Below are positions 1-8,236 of a stretch of DNA of 29,511 nt, one piece after another. The DNA is from Actinomycetota bacterium (GTDB lineage Bacteria > Actinomycetota > Thermoleophilia > Solirubrobacterales > 70-9): assembly GCA_046732395.1 (NCBI GenBank), contig JBKPNB010000156.1, positions 1 to 29,511 on the forward strand. The letters run 5' to 3'. Position 1 is the first letter of the stretch; the number at the start of each line of letters is the position of its first letter. Below the pieces are notes generated by a model. The model saw only the letters and a program-made list of their open reading frames with translations, was not told the DNA's origin and ran no database searches. Made by a program: the position numbers and the translations under genes.

Positions 1-426
1 GATCCAGGCGATGCTGAATGAGAAGACCAGGAGCAGTCCCGCCGCAAACAGCACGCCAACCGCGCCGCCCCCCGGGCGAAAGCCATGGCGAGTCCAAGCG
101 CGATCACGATCGCCGCGGCGAGCACGTTACGGGCAGCGTCCCCGAGCAGGGCTCCGACGAGCGGCGCTGGGCGCCAGATCGGCAGCGAGCGGAAACGGTC
201 AAAGACCGCCCTTGGTGATGTCGGTGTTGAGCCCGACTCCGGTTAGACGCTGACCAACACCAAGGTCATCGCCAGCGTTCCGGGCAGCAGCGACTGCAGG
301 TAGGTGCCGCTCGAGCCCGAGAGGGCCCCGCTGAACAGGTAGGTGAACATCACCGTGAACAGGATCGGATGAAGACGACGTCCGCGAGCTGCTCCGGCAC
401 GTGCTTGATCTTCAGCAACGCCCGCC
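1..426 (-). pseudogene. ABC-2 type transporter permease (DrrB-like), frameshifted fragment lacking its N-terminus and running off the window edge
   Basis: Joining minus-strand frames gives RALLKIKHVPEQLADVVFIPILFTVMFTYLFSGALSG...YLQSLLPG...[38 protein letters not shown]...ALGLAMGFRPGGGAVGV, typical of DrrB-family permeases. About five single-base indels are needed in about 430 bp. Confidence 0.8.
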
Positions 427-432
427 GTCGAC

Positions 433-709
433 TCGAAGGGCGCGACACCCTGATCGGGCCGGCTATCGGCTCGATCACTCGTGGGTCGACAGCCCGGTGT
501 TCGATGAGGACGGGCACCTCGTGCACGAGCGCGGGGTGACCAAGTCCCCGGGTCTTTACTTTCTCGGCCTCACCTGGCAGCACACTCGCGGCTCCGCCCT
601 GATCGGCTTCGTGAGGGACGACGCCGCGCATATCGCCGAACAGGTCCGCGCCTACGCGCGGCCGCGCGGCACCGGTTGTGCCGGAGCGAGTCGGGTAACC
701 ACGAGATGA
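433..709 (+). pseudogene. C-terminal fragment of a CzcO/ArsO-like flavin-dependent oxidoreductase
   Basis: GYRLDHSWVDSPVFDEDGHLVHERGVTKSPGLYFLGLTWQHTRGSALIGFVRDDAAHIAEQV matches the C-terminus of CzcO-type flavoprotein monooxygenases. No N-terminal FAD-binding GxGxxG region is present upstream. Confidence 0.75.
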
Positions 710-737
710 GGGACTCCCAACCTCAACAGGAGAAGCC

Positions 738-2357
738 ATGGCCACAGATTCACCTCACTTCCCAACCGAGACAGCGGGCCTTCCCGAAGCCCGCGCCCCC
801 GAGCAGGTGGAGCTCGCCGACGGCGACGAGTTCGAGCTCAAGATCGCGCCTGTGGTCAAGGAGATCGGGGACGCCGGGGTCCGGATGCTCGCCTACAACG
901 GCTCGATCCCGGGTCCGACTCTGCGGGTCAAGGAGGGCGCGGAGATCGTCGTCGACGTGGTCAACGAGGGCGACATGGAGAACACCGTCCACTGGCACGG
1001 CCTGAGGCTCGAGAACCGCTACGACGGGACCCACGAGACCCAGGCCCCGATCCCCGTCGGCGGCAGCTTCAAGGCTCGCGTCGCCTTTCCCGATCCGGGT
1101 GCCTACTGGTACCACCCGCACATTCGCGAGGACTATGGCCAGGAGATGGGCCTTTACGGCAATGTCATCGTCGAGCCCGCCGCCCCCGACTACTGGCCGC
1201 CGGTACACCGCGAGGTGGCCGTGACCCTTGACGACATCCTGCTCGAGGACGGCAAGGTCGCGCCCTTCAGTCGCGCCGAGACCACCCATTCGGCAATGGG
1301 CCGCTTCGGCGACGTGATGCTGGTCGGCGGCGTGACCGATCTCGAGCTCGCCGCCGCCTCAGGCGAGGTGGTCCGTTTCTACCTGACCAACACCGCCAAC
1401 ACCCGGGTCTTCAAGGTCCAGCTGCCCGGCGCACGGATGAAGCTGGTCGGTGGCGACAGCGGCCACGTCGAGCGAGAGGAGCTGGTCGAGAGCGTGATCC
1501 TCGCGCCTTCGGAGCGAGCGGTCGTCGACGTCCGCTTCGACGAGCCGGGTGATCTCACCCTCGAACACCGCACACCCGGCCGGGTCTACCCGCTGGCCCG
1601 AATCCAGGTCGCCGAGGAACGGGCCGAGCCCACGCTCGAGGCCGAGTTCGAGGAGCTACGCACCAACGCCGATCTCGCTGCCGAGCGCGAGCGCATCGCC
1701 GCCGATCTCGAGCGCGACCCTGACAAGACCCTGGCCTTCATCGCCGAGATGGACCTCGGCGCCCCCGACGGCGAGGGCCCGGTGATCTACACCTGCCCGA
1801 TGCACCCAGAGGTGGTGAGCGAGGAGCAGGGCAAGTGCCCGGAGTGCGGGATGAAGCTCCTGCCCTCGGAGCTAGTCGGCGAGGCCGGTCATGGCCCTGA
1901 GGCCGATGGCCACGAGGGACACGACCACTCTGGCCACGAGCACTCGACCGCCGACGGGATCGAGTGGGAGGACGACATGGTCGACATCAACAAGCTGACG
2001 ACTCCGGCGAACATGCGCTGGAAGCTGATCGACCGCGATGCCGGCGCCGAGAACCGGGCCATCGACTGGCGGTTCCGGGTCGGTGACCGGGTCAAGATCC
2101 GCCTTCTCAACGAGATGGCCGGGGATCACCCGATGCACCATCCCTTCCACATCCACGGCGCCGGCCGCTTTCTGGTTCTGGCCCGCGATGGGGTCGTCGA
2201 GCCGAACCTGGTCTGGACCGACACGGTCTTGATCCCAGCCGGCCAGGCCGTCGACATCCTCCTCGACGTCACCAATCCGGGTCGGTGGATGGCTCATTGC
2301 CACATCGCCGAGCACCACGAGAGCGGAATGATGTTCAGCTTCGAGGTGGTCGAGTGA
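738..2357 (+). CDS. Multicopper oxidase with an inserted heavy-metal-binding motif and His-rich linker
   Basis: All four Cu-ligand motifs present: VHWHG, WYHPH, HPMHHPFHIHG, HCHIAEHHESGMM. YTCPMHP...CPECGM motif at about 1788-1853. RBS AGGAG upstream of the ATG. No signal peptide visible. Confidence 0.95.
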   Translation: MATDSPHFPTETAGLPEARAPEQVELADGDEFELKIAPVVKEIGDAGVRMLAYNGSIPGPTLRVKEGAEIVVDVVNEGDMENTVHWHGLRLENRYDGTHETQAPIPVGGSFKARVAFPDPGAYWYHPHIREDYGQEMGLYGNVIVEPAAPDYWPPVHREVAVTLDDILLEDGKVAPFSRAETTHSAMGRFGDVMLVGGVTDLELAAASGEVVRFYLTNTANTRVFKVQLPGARMKLVGGDSGHVEREELVESVILAPSERAVVDVRFDEPGDLTLEHRTPGRVYPLARIQVAEERAEPTLEAEFEELRTNADLAAERERIAADLERDPDKTLAFIAEMDLGAPDGEGPVIYTCPMHPEVVSEEQGKCPECGMKLLPSELVGEAGHGPEADGHEGHDHSGHEHSTADGIEWEDDMVDINKLTTPANMRWKLIDRDAGAENRAIDWRFRVGDRVKIRLLNEMAGDHPMHHPFHIHGAGRFLVLARDGVVEPNLVWTDTVLIPAGQAVDILLDVTNPGRWMAHCHIAEHHESGMMFSFEVVE

Positions 2358-3112
2358 GGGTCGCCTTCGTCGTCTATCCCGACTTCACGGCGCTTGACGT
2401 GGTCGGCCCCTACGAGGTCATCAGCCGCTGGCCCGACGCCGACGTCCACTTCCTGGCGACCTCGCCCGGTCCGGTGCGGACCGATTGCGGCCTCACCGTC
2501 ATCCCGACCGATACACCCGAGACGGTGCCCGATCCCGATCTGATCGTCGTACCCGGCAGTGGCAACCCATTGCCGGTGCTCGACGACCGCGTGCTGATCG
2601 ACTGGCTTCGGAGCGCGGCGCCCGGCTGCGAGCGGACCGCTTCGGTGTGCACGGGCGCCGGCCTTTATGCCGCCGCGGGCCTGCTCGCGGGCAAGAAGAC
2701 GAGCACCCACTGGGGCTTTCGCGACGTCGTGCGCGCCTATGGAGTCGAGGTGGTTGACGACCGGGTGGTCTGGCAGGGCAACCACGTCAGCTGCGCCGGG
2801 GTGTCGGCCGGGATCGACATGGCTTTGTCTCTCACCGAGCGCGTTCACGGGCGCGAGCTGGCCGAGGCGCTCCAGCTCGTCATCGAGTACGACCCGCAAC
2901 CGCCGTTCGACACCGGCTCGCTGGAGAAGGCCGGGCCCGCCACCGAGCGCCGCGCCATGGAGGTCCTGATCACGGCTGCCGGTCTCACTCGGATGAAGGT
3001 CGCTGCAAAGATGGGGCGCGCGATCATGCGGGCGCGCATCGCTCGAGCTCGCCGGGCCCTGGGCGGGCCGCGGGCGGCGGACCGGCGAGCGGTCGAGCGC
3101 GCTCCGAGCTAG
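2354..3112 (+). CDS. DJ-1/PfpI family protein (isonitrile hydratase-like subfamily)
   Basis: RVAFVVYPDFTALDVVGPYEV, nucleophile elbow SVCTGA, AGVSAGID, IEYDPQPPF. GTG start overlaps the oxidase stop (GTGA). Confidence 0.9.
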   Translation: MRVAFVVYPDFTALDVVGPYEVISRWPDADVHFLATSPGPVRTDCGLTVIPTDTPETVPDPDLIVVPGSGNPLPVLDDRVLIDWLRSAAPGCERTASVCTGAGLYAAAGLLAGKKTSTHWGFRDVVRAYGVEVVDDRVVWQGNHVSCAGVSAGIDMALSLTERVHGRELAEALQLVIEYDPQPPFDTGSLEKAGPATERRAMEVLITAAGLTRMKVAAKMGRAIMRARIARARRALGGPRAADRRAVERAPS

Positions 3113-3401
3113 GCGCCCGAGCGAGACGCGAGGGCGGCGCGGTCCGCCGATCCGTGCTGCGCGGCGGCATTCGCGCGACACCCAGAGCGGTTCGCGGGGT
3201 CGTGGAATTGCTCATCTAGATCACCGCGATTCCTGGAGAGGGGCTGCGGCCGGCGCGCGACCTTGCGCTAGCAATCGGCGTCACCACGAGCGCCGTCCTG
3301 CGGGCCCCTCGCGCGCGGGGCGTTTCGCGGCTGCCGTGGTGAACCTCACGGTCCCGGGGCGAGTAGCTACGAGAGAGTCCCCGATCAAGGGAGGTCATTC
3401 G

Positions 3402-3635
3402 ATGAGGCGACTCGTATTGGCCGGACTCCTGTCACTGGCCATCGTTCTGGGAACGGCTGGAACGGCGCTGGCCACGCACTGCTACGTCGCAGACAAGCCA
3501 GCTGGCGCTGGGACGAACGGTGCGTTCCAGAGGGAGGAAGGCGACCCGGTCGACACCTTCAAGTGGGATCTGCCCGACCCAGCCCACGAGCGGGGTAGCC
3601 AGACCCACGGCATCCTCGAGCTCGAGGAGGAGTAG
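3402..3635 (+). CDS. Small secreted hypothetical protein (77 aa)
   Basis: GGGAGG RBS about 7 nt upstream. MRRLVLAGLLSLAIVLGTAGTALA reads as a Sec signal peptide. Followed by a hairpin. Confidence 0.55.
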   Translation: MRRLVLAGLLSLAIVLGTAGTALATHCYVADKPAGAGTNGAFQREEGDPVDTFKWDLPDPAHERGSQTHGILELEEE

Positions 3636-3649
3636 CAAGATCCACGGGA

Positions 3650-3672
3650 GATGCGGGGCCGCGTCCCGCATC
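3650..3672. terminator. GC-rich hairpin after the small secreted ORF
   Basis: GATGCGGG / CCCGCATC 8-bp perfect arms, 15 nt after the stop. No U-tract. Confidence 0.4.
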
Positions 3673-3753
3673 GAGCGGGGTCAGTGCTGATCGGGACGAC
3701 GCGGCGATCCAGGCGCGGACCGCTCCCGAGGAGGCCGATTGGCCCTCGGATCG

Positions 3754-3784
3754 GCGAAGGGGCGGCCAAGGCCGCCCCTTTCGC
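3754..3784. terminator. Strong hairpin between convergent genes
   Basis: GCGAAGGGGCGGCC-AA-GGCCGCCCCTTTCGC near-perfect inverted repeat between the 3402 (+) and 3868 (-) genes. Confidence 0.5.
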
Positions 3785-3867
3785 TCGGTGAGGAGGCAAA
3801 CGACTAGGTCGCGGTGGACCCGGAGACCGGCCGCGCGCGCGAGCGGCATCGACCACACCGATGGCGA

Positions 3868-4233
3868 CTAGGACTCGCCCGAGGGCTCCTGGGCGTCCAT
3901 GCGGATGACCAGGCCCTCCGCGAACCGGTAGCGGTGGCGGACGCGCGAGTCGGAGATGAGCTCGCCGGTGCTCGCGTCCCGGACCACCTGGTGGACGTCG
4001 ACCTTGACGCTGCCGTCGGCCTCCTCGGCGAAGCCCTCCGGCTCGACCGTGCTAGAGATAGCCGCGAATTGCCGGCGCCAGTAGTCGCGGACGGCCGCGC
4101 GGCCGACCACGCGGCCGCCTTCCCAGGCATTCGGCCAATCGACGTCGGGATGCATCAGCGCGATCGCGGCCTCGAGGTCGCGCCCGTTGAAGGCCCTGTA
4201 GGCGGAGCGCAGGAGCTGCTCGGCCTCTGACAC
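3868..4233 (-). CDS. NTF2/SnoaL-like (ketosteroid isomerase-like) protein
   Basis: AYRAFNGRDLEAAIALMHPDVDWPNAWEGGRVVGRAAVRDYW is a typical SnoaL-like N-terminus. 121 aa. Confidence 0.9.
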   Translation of the reverse strand: MSEAEQLLRSAYRAFNGRDLEAAIALMHPDVDWPNAWEGGRVVGRAAVRDYWRRQFAAISSTVEPEGFAEEADGSVKVDVHQVVRDASTGELISDSRVRHRYRFAEGLVIRMDAQEPSGES

Positions 4234-4546
4234 CCGGCCAACCTAGCGGAGCGACTGAATTGGATTCACGTGCGCGGCAGCGGCGGCGCGGCGCGAGGGC
4301 GGGCGCGCCAGAATACGAGCCTTGACGGTGGCTCCGCGGACCGGTGCAGCTGGCGGGTCCGAAGCGCCCGCTCACGAGCGTGCCCCTATCCGCTTGGCAG
4401 CGTCAACCTCACCCGCAACGGGCCGCGGGCGGCGCGGGGAACCCACTCTTCGCGAGCCAGAAGGCGGGCAAGGCGCGAAACGCAGGTAATCGCGAAGCGA
4501 TATTTGTAGATCCCGCTGGAGCGAGAATGCGAATATCTAGCCGAGG

Positions 4547-4978
4547 GTGGCCGCCGCAATCGAGAGGGGCTTCATCGAGCGCTACCAAGCGGCCGCACGG
4601 AGCTTCTCGCGGGGCGATCCCGGGCCGGTGAAGGCGCTCTTCTCACACACGGAAGATGTCACGTTGGCCAATCCGTTCGGCCCGGCCGTCCGCGGCTGGG
4701 GGCAAGGTTTCGACTGCTCTTGACTTCGCCTCCTCGCGCTTCAGCGAGGGAGGCGTCGAAGACTTCGAGATCGTCGCGTCCTACCGAGTGGCGATCTCGT
4801 GACGCTGCTGGCGACGGAGCGATGGGAGGCGAGGGTCGGAGATCGGCCCGAGGTCGAGCGCTTCGAGCTGCGGGTAACGAGCAAACTGCGGCGAGAGGAC
4901 GGCGAATGGAAGCTCATCCATCGTCATGCCGATCCGATCGCGACGTCGGACGCGGAAGGCCCGCTCCGGCGCGGCTGA
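4547..4978 (+). pseudogene. NTF2-like (YybH/DUF4440-type) protein interrupted by two compensating frameshifts
   Basis: FIERYQAAARSFSRGDPGPVKALFSHTEDVTLANPFGPAVRGW, then after a shift in the G5 run at 4698-4702 KVSTALDFASSRF, then after a second shift near 4784 SGDLVTLLATERW...LRVTSKLRREDGEWKLIHRHADP. Confidence 0.8.
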
Positions 4979-5080
4979 CGGTTCACACCAATTTCGTGCG
5001 GGAGCGGGTTGACCGGCGACGCTCGCGCCAGTGGCCCGCGAGTCCGGCGCCAAGCGGGCCGAGATCGCGAAGGGACGGCG

Positions 5081-5293
5081 TCAGCGCGGCTCGCCCGGCG
5101 TCTTCTGCTCAGCGTCGCGCAGTCGGTGGAGGGCGCCCGCCGCGGACGTGTAGATGCTCTCGTGCCCGTCGTCCCAGTGAATCCGATAGCGGGGCGAGCC
5201 GTTGCCGAACTTCTCCTCGACCGTGCCCGTTCGGGCCGCGCGCTTGGTCGACTCCGACTCTACCTCGACGCGATCACCTATCTCGAGATCCAT
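5081..5293 (-). CDS. DUF1918 domain (SH3-like) small protein
   Basis: MDLEIGDRVEVES...GTVEE...GSPRYRIHWDDGHESIY resembles DUF1918 proteins. GGGAGG RBS upstream of the ATG at 5293. Confidence 0.75.
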   Translation of the reverse strand: MDLEIGDRVEVESESTKRAARTGTVEEKFGNGSPRYRIHWDDGHESIYTSAAGALHRLRDAEQKTPGEPR

Positions 5294-5588
5294 TTCTCGC
5301 CTCCCGGTCTGCTCTGAGGTCGAGGGTAGTACGGCGTTGCCGATGATGGCGCCTGACGCTCGCAATTCGCCTCGTACTTCCGATCGGATCGCTCACCGGA
5401 TCTCGTGGTCTCGGACGGACGAGACGCAGCCGTGCGGCGCTGGTTCAGCCGCGCGCTCGCTCTCCGTGGCAAGCAAGGCGTATCGGGGCAGGGTCCCGCG
5501 CTGGCTTCGTCTCGGAACTCCGTCTGCCGCCGCGAAAGAAAAGATCGAGGCGCAACGCATTTCCGGTATAGGCTCGCCCGAGAGTCCC

Positions 5589-6485
5589 TTGTGTAGATGG
5601 CGGTTGATCTCGTGCCTCGTCGCGGCCGCGACCATCGCCGTCGGCGCGGTCACCCCCGTCGCGGGCGCCCGGCATCCGGCGCCCCCGAATGGGCGGATCG
5701 CGTTCTCCAGCGACCGCGACGGCGACAACGAGATCTACTCGATGTGGCCGAACGGGACCCACGTTCGCAAGCTCACCAATAACCACCACGATGACTACGC
5801 GCCCGCCTTCTCTCCTAACGGGCGCTCGATCGCGTTTGTCTCGGACCGCGCCGGCAACTTCGAGATCTATTCGATGCGCGCGAACGGCACCGGCGTTCGC
5901 CGCCTCACCCATGATCCGGCCTACGACGACGACCCGACCTACTCCCCCCGCGGGACCCGGATCGCCTTCGAACGCGGCGACGAGCCGTCCCGTGACATCT
6001 ACACGATGAGCTCCAGCGGCGGCGACGAGCGCAACCTCACGGCAAGCTCGTGGGCGGACGACTGGGGCCCGGCCTACGCTCCCAGTGGGCAGCGCATCGC
6101 GTTCGTCTCCGTCACCGGCGGGGCGACGTTCGTCTTTGACATCCGCCCGGACGGGACCGACATGCGCGAGCTCTTGGAACGGGCTCGCTACTTCGCGCCG
6201 GCTTACTCGCCGAACGGGCGCTGGCTCGCCGTGGCGGAGGCGGGCGGTGTCGGAAAGACCGAGATCTTCCGATATCGGCTGACGGATGGCTACATGCAGC
6301 GGCTCACTCACGACAACGTCGGCGACTTCGGCCCCGCCTACTCGCCGAACGGGCGCTCCATCGCCTTCGAGGCCTCGCACGCAGGCGGCCTCGACATCTA
6401 CCGGATGCGGGCCAACGGAACCCATGTCCAGCGGCTCACGCAAGCCCGCGCCGACGATGCCTACCCGACCTGGGCAGTGCGTTAG
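5589..6485 (+). CDS. Secreted TolB-like / PD40-repeat beta-propeller protein
   Basis: Six repeats of the pattern P.[FY]SP.G..IAF......IY.M...G....RLT. Hydrophobic signal-like N-terminus. Start codon uncertain; TTG at 5589 chosen. Confidence 0.85.
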   Translation: MCRWRLISCLVAAATIAVGAVTPVAGARHPAPPNGRIAFSSDRDGDNEIYSMWPNGTHVRKLTNNHHDDYAPAFSPNGRSIAFVSDRAGNFEIYSMRANGTGVRRLTHDPAYDDDPTYSPRGTRIAFERGDEPSRDIYTMSSSGGDERNLTASSWADDWGPAYAPSGQRIAFVSVTGGATFVFDIRPDGTDMRELLERARYFAPAYSPNGRWLAVAEAGGVGKTEIFRYRLTDGYMQRLTHDNVGDFGPAYSPNGRSIAFEASHAGGLDIYRMRANGTHVQRLTQARADDAYPTWAVR

Positions 6486-6666
6486 ATGCAGGCAAGCGCG
6501 CAGCTCGAGCACCCCTTGTCGATCGGCTCGAGTAGCGCGCTGAGGCCAGGCGAGCAGTAGCCGGGCGCCCATGGGCGCCCTTTCCGTTTGCCTCGAAGGG
6601 GGTGGCCGATGGCGCTTTGGCGCCGGCCGGCGCGCGGCCCTGCTGCGCGCGCCTGGGTTACCCCGG

Positions 6667-7401
6667 TTACCTTCGGAGGCGGATCGCGTTCAGATCCTGT
6701 TCCCGCACCTCAGCGATGCGGGCGAGCAGGTCGTCTACGTCGTCGTGCTCGGCGTGGAGGTAGCGGCCGGCGAGCGCGTCGTAATGGCCCGTCGCCAGCT
6801 TGCGAACGAGCTCCGGCGCCAGCTCCGGCGGCGTCCAGGGCGCGTCGTCTGGGAGCGTCCCCGCCGTCATCTCGGTGCGCACGAGCCCGGGGCCGAAGAA
6901 GAAGACGGGGATCCGGCCTTCGAGCTCTGCGGCGAGGGTCTCGCCGTAGCGGCAGACCGCCGCCTTACTCGCCGGATACGCCGTCTTCCCCGAGCCGCTT
7001 GGAAGGTAGGCCGCACCGCTCCCGGTGATCACGATCCGGCCGCCGCCGCGGTCGAGCATTCCGGCGATCACTGCGCTGCAGCAGAGATGCACGCCGAGGA
7101 CGTTCACCTCGAAGACGTGCCACCAGTAGGCGGGATCGACCTTCCAGGTGGCGCCGTCCGGGTTACCGACGCCGGCGTTCGCGACCAGCAGGTCCACCGG
7201 GTCGGCTCCGGCGACCGCGCGCTCGACCGATCGGCGGTTCGCCACATCGACCTGCACCCACTCCCCGCCGATCTCGTCCGCGACCGCCTCTACCTGCGCT
7301 CGGCTGCGGGCGCCGACGACGACCTCCCAGCCGTCGCCCGCGAGCGAGCGCGCGATCCCCGCGCCGATCCCGCGGCCACCGCCGGTGACGAGCGCCTTCA
7401 T
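6667..7401 (-). CDS. Classical short-chain dehydrogenase/reductase (SDR)
   Basis: ALVTGGGRGIG, LVANAG, VFEVNVLG, catalytic YPASK (YxxxK). Confidence 0.92.
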   Translation of the reverse strand: MKALVTGGGRGIGAGIARSLAGDGWEVVVGARSRAQVEAVADEIGGEWVQVDVANRRSVERAVAGADPVDLLVANAGVGNPDGATWKVDPAYWWHVFEVNVLGVHLCCSAVIAGMLDRGGGRIVITGSGAAYLPSGSGKTAYPASKAAVCRYGETLAAELEGRIPVFFFGPGLVRTEMTAGTLPDDAPWTPPELAPELVRKLATGHYDALAGRYLHAEHDDVDDLLARIAEVREQDLNAIRLRR

Positions 7402-7534
7402 GCGCGGAATCGTATTGACGACCCGACATCCCGCGGGGTCTATCGGCGAATTTCGACGGCGACGACCAGCAGGTGAGGACCGCCGAACTGTTCCGTTTCC
7501 TCGTCTGCCTCGAGTTCCGGTGCAACGGCGGTTG

Positions 7535-8236
7535 TCATGGCGTTTGGTCTCCGTGTGGTGGTTGGGGTCGTTCGACGCTTTGGTCTCCGGGCCGGCCGGC
7601 GGAGAGGATCGTCTCCACGAGCCCGGTGACGACGTCGTAGACGTGTCCCGAGACGGTGATGCGCGGGGAGATGGCGGGCGCGGAGCGGAGACGCTCGACG
7701 TCGCTCGTGACCGTCGCCGCGGGTTCGAGGATTGCGTGCTCGCGCAGGGTCGACTCCTCGGCGCCGATCCGCTCGGCGTAGCGGCGGCGGAAGGTGTCGT
7801 CGGCCAGCGCGGCGGTTCCGCATTGGGTGTGGTGGATCACGGCGACCTCGAACAGGGGGCCGTCCGGTAGGACGGTCTCGGCGATCTGGCCGAGGAAGGC
7901 GACGTCGTTGATCACCTCGGGGGTGACCCGCCCGCCGACGTTGCGCACGACGATGGCGTCGCTGAGTTCGAGGCCCAGGAAGTGGGCGGGGTCGACGCGC
8001 GGGTCGAGGCACGTGATGACGAACAGGCGTAGGTTGGGAAAGACGACGGCGTCCTTGTGGCCGCCGGCGGCGGCGAAGGCGCGGTTGCGCGCGAGCGCTG
8101 GCTCGATGCTGGCCGCTCCGGTCTCGCTGGGGCTGGCCAGCTCGAATCCGGTCGCCTGACCGATGACGGGGCCGGCGGGTGGTGTGGCTTGTTGGTTGCT
8201 CACGGGTTTCTCCTTGTTCGGTTCCCCGTAGCTCAT
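7535..8236 (-). CDS. Beta-class carbonic anhydrase (clade D / Rv1284-like)
   Basis: Zn-ligand motifs CLDPR (CxDxR) and HHTQCG (HxxC), plus VRNVGGRV and GHVYDVVTG. Start is either ATG 8236 (ATGA overlap with the upstream stop) or GTG 8203 (own AAGGAG RBS). Confidence 0.9.
   Translation of the reverse strand: MSYGEPNKEKPVSNQQATPPAGPVIGQATGFELASPSETGAASIEPALARNRAFAAAGGHKDAVVFPNLRLFVITCLDPRVDPAHFLGLELSDAIVVRNVGGRVTPEVINDVAFLGQIAETVLPDGPLFEVAVIHHTQCGTAALADDTFRRRYAERIGAEESTLREHAILEPAATVTSDVERLRSAPAISPRITVSGHVYDVVTGLVETILSAGRPGDQSVERPQPPHGDQTP

Noticed and set aside
4240-4546. ORFs 4270-4509 and 4344-4631 and a slightly AT-richer patch
   Set aside because: No recognisable motif, RBS or repeat; cannot support a gene or an att site.
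5589-6485. TolB-like protein as evidence of a Tol-Pal system
   Set aside because: No TolB N-terminal domain and no tolQRA or pal nearby. Stand-alone PD40 propellers are common, so no gene symbol was given.
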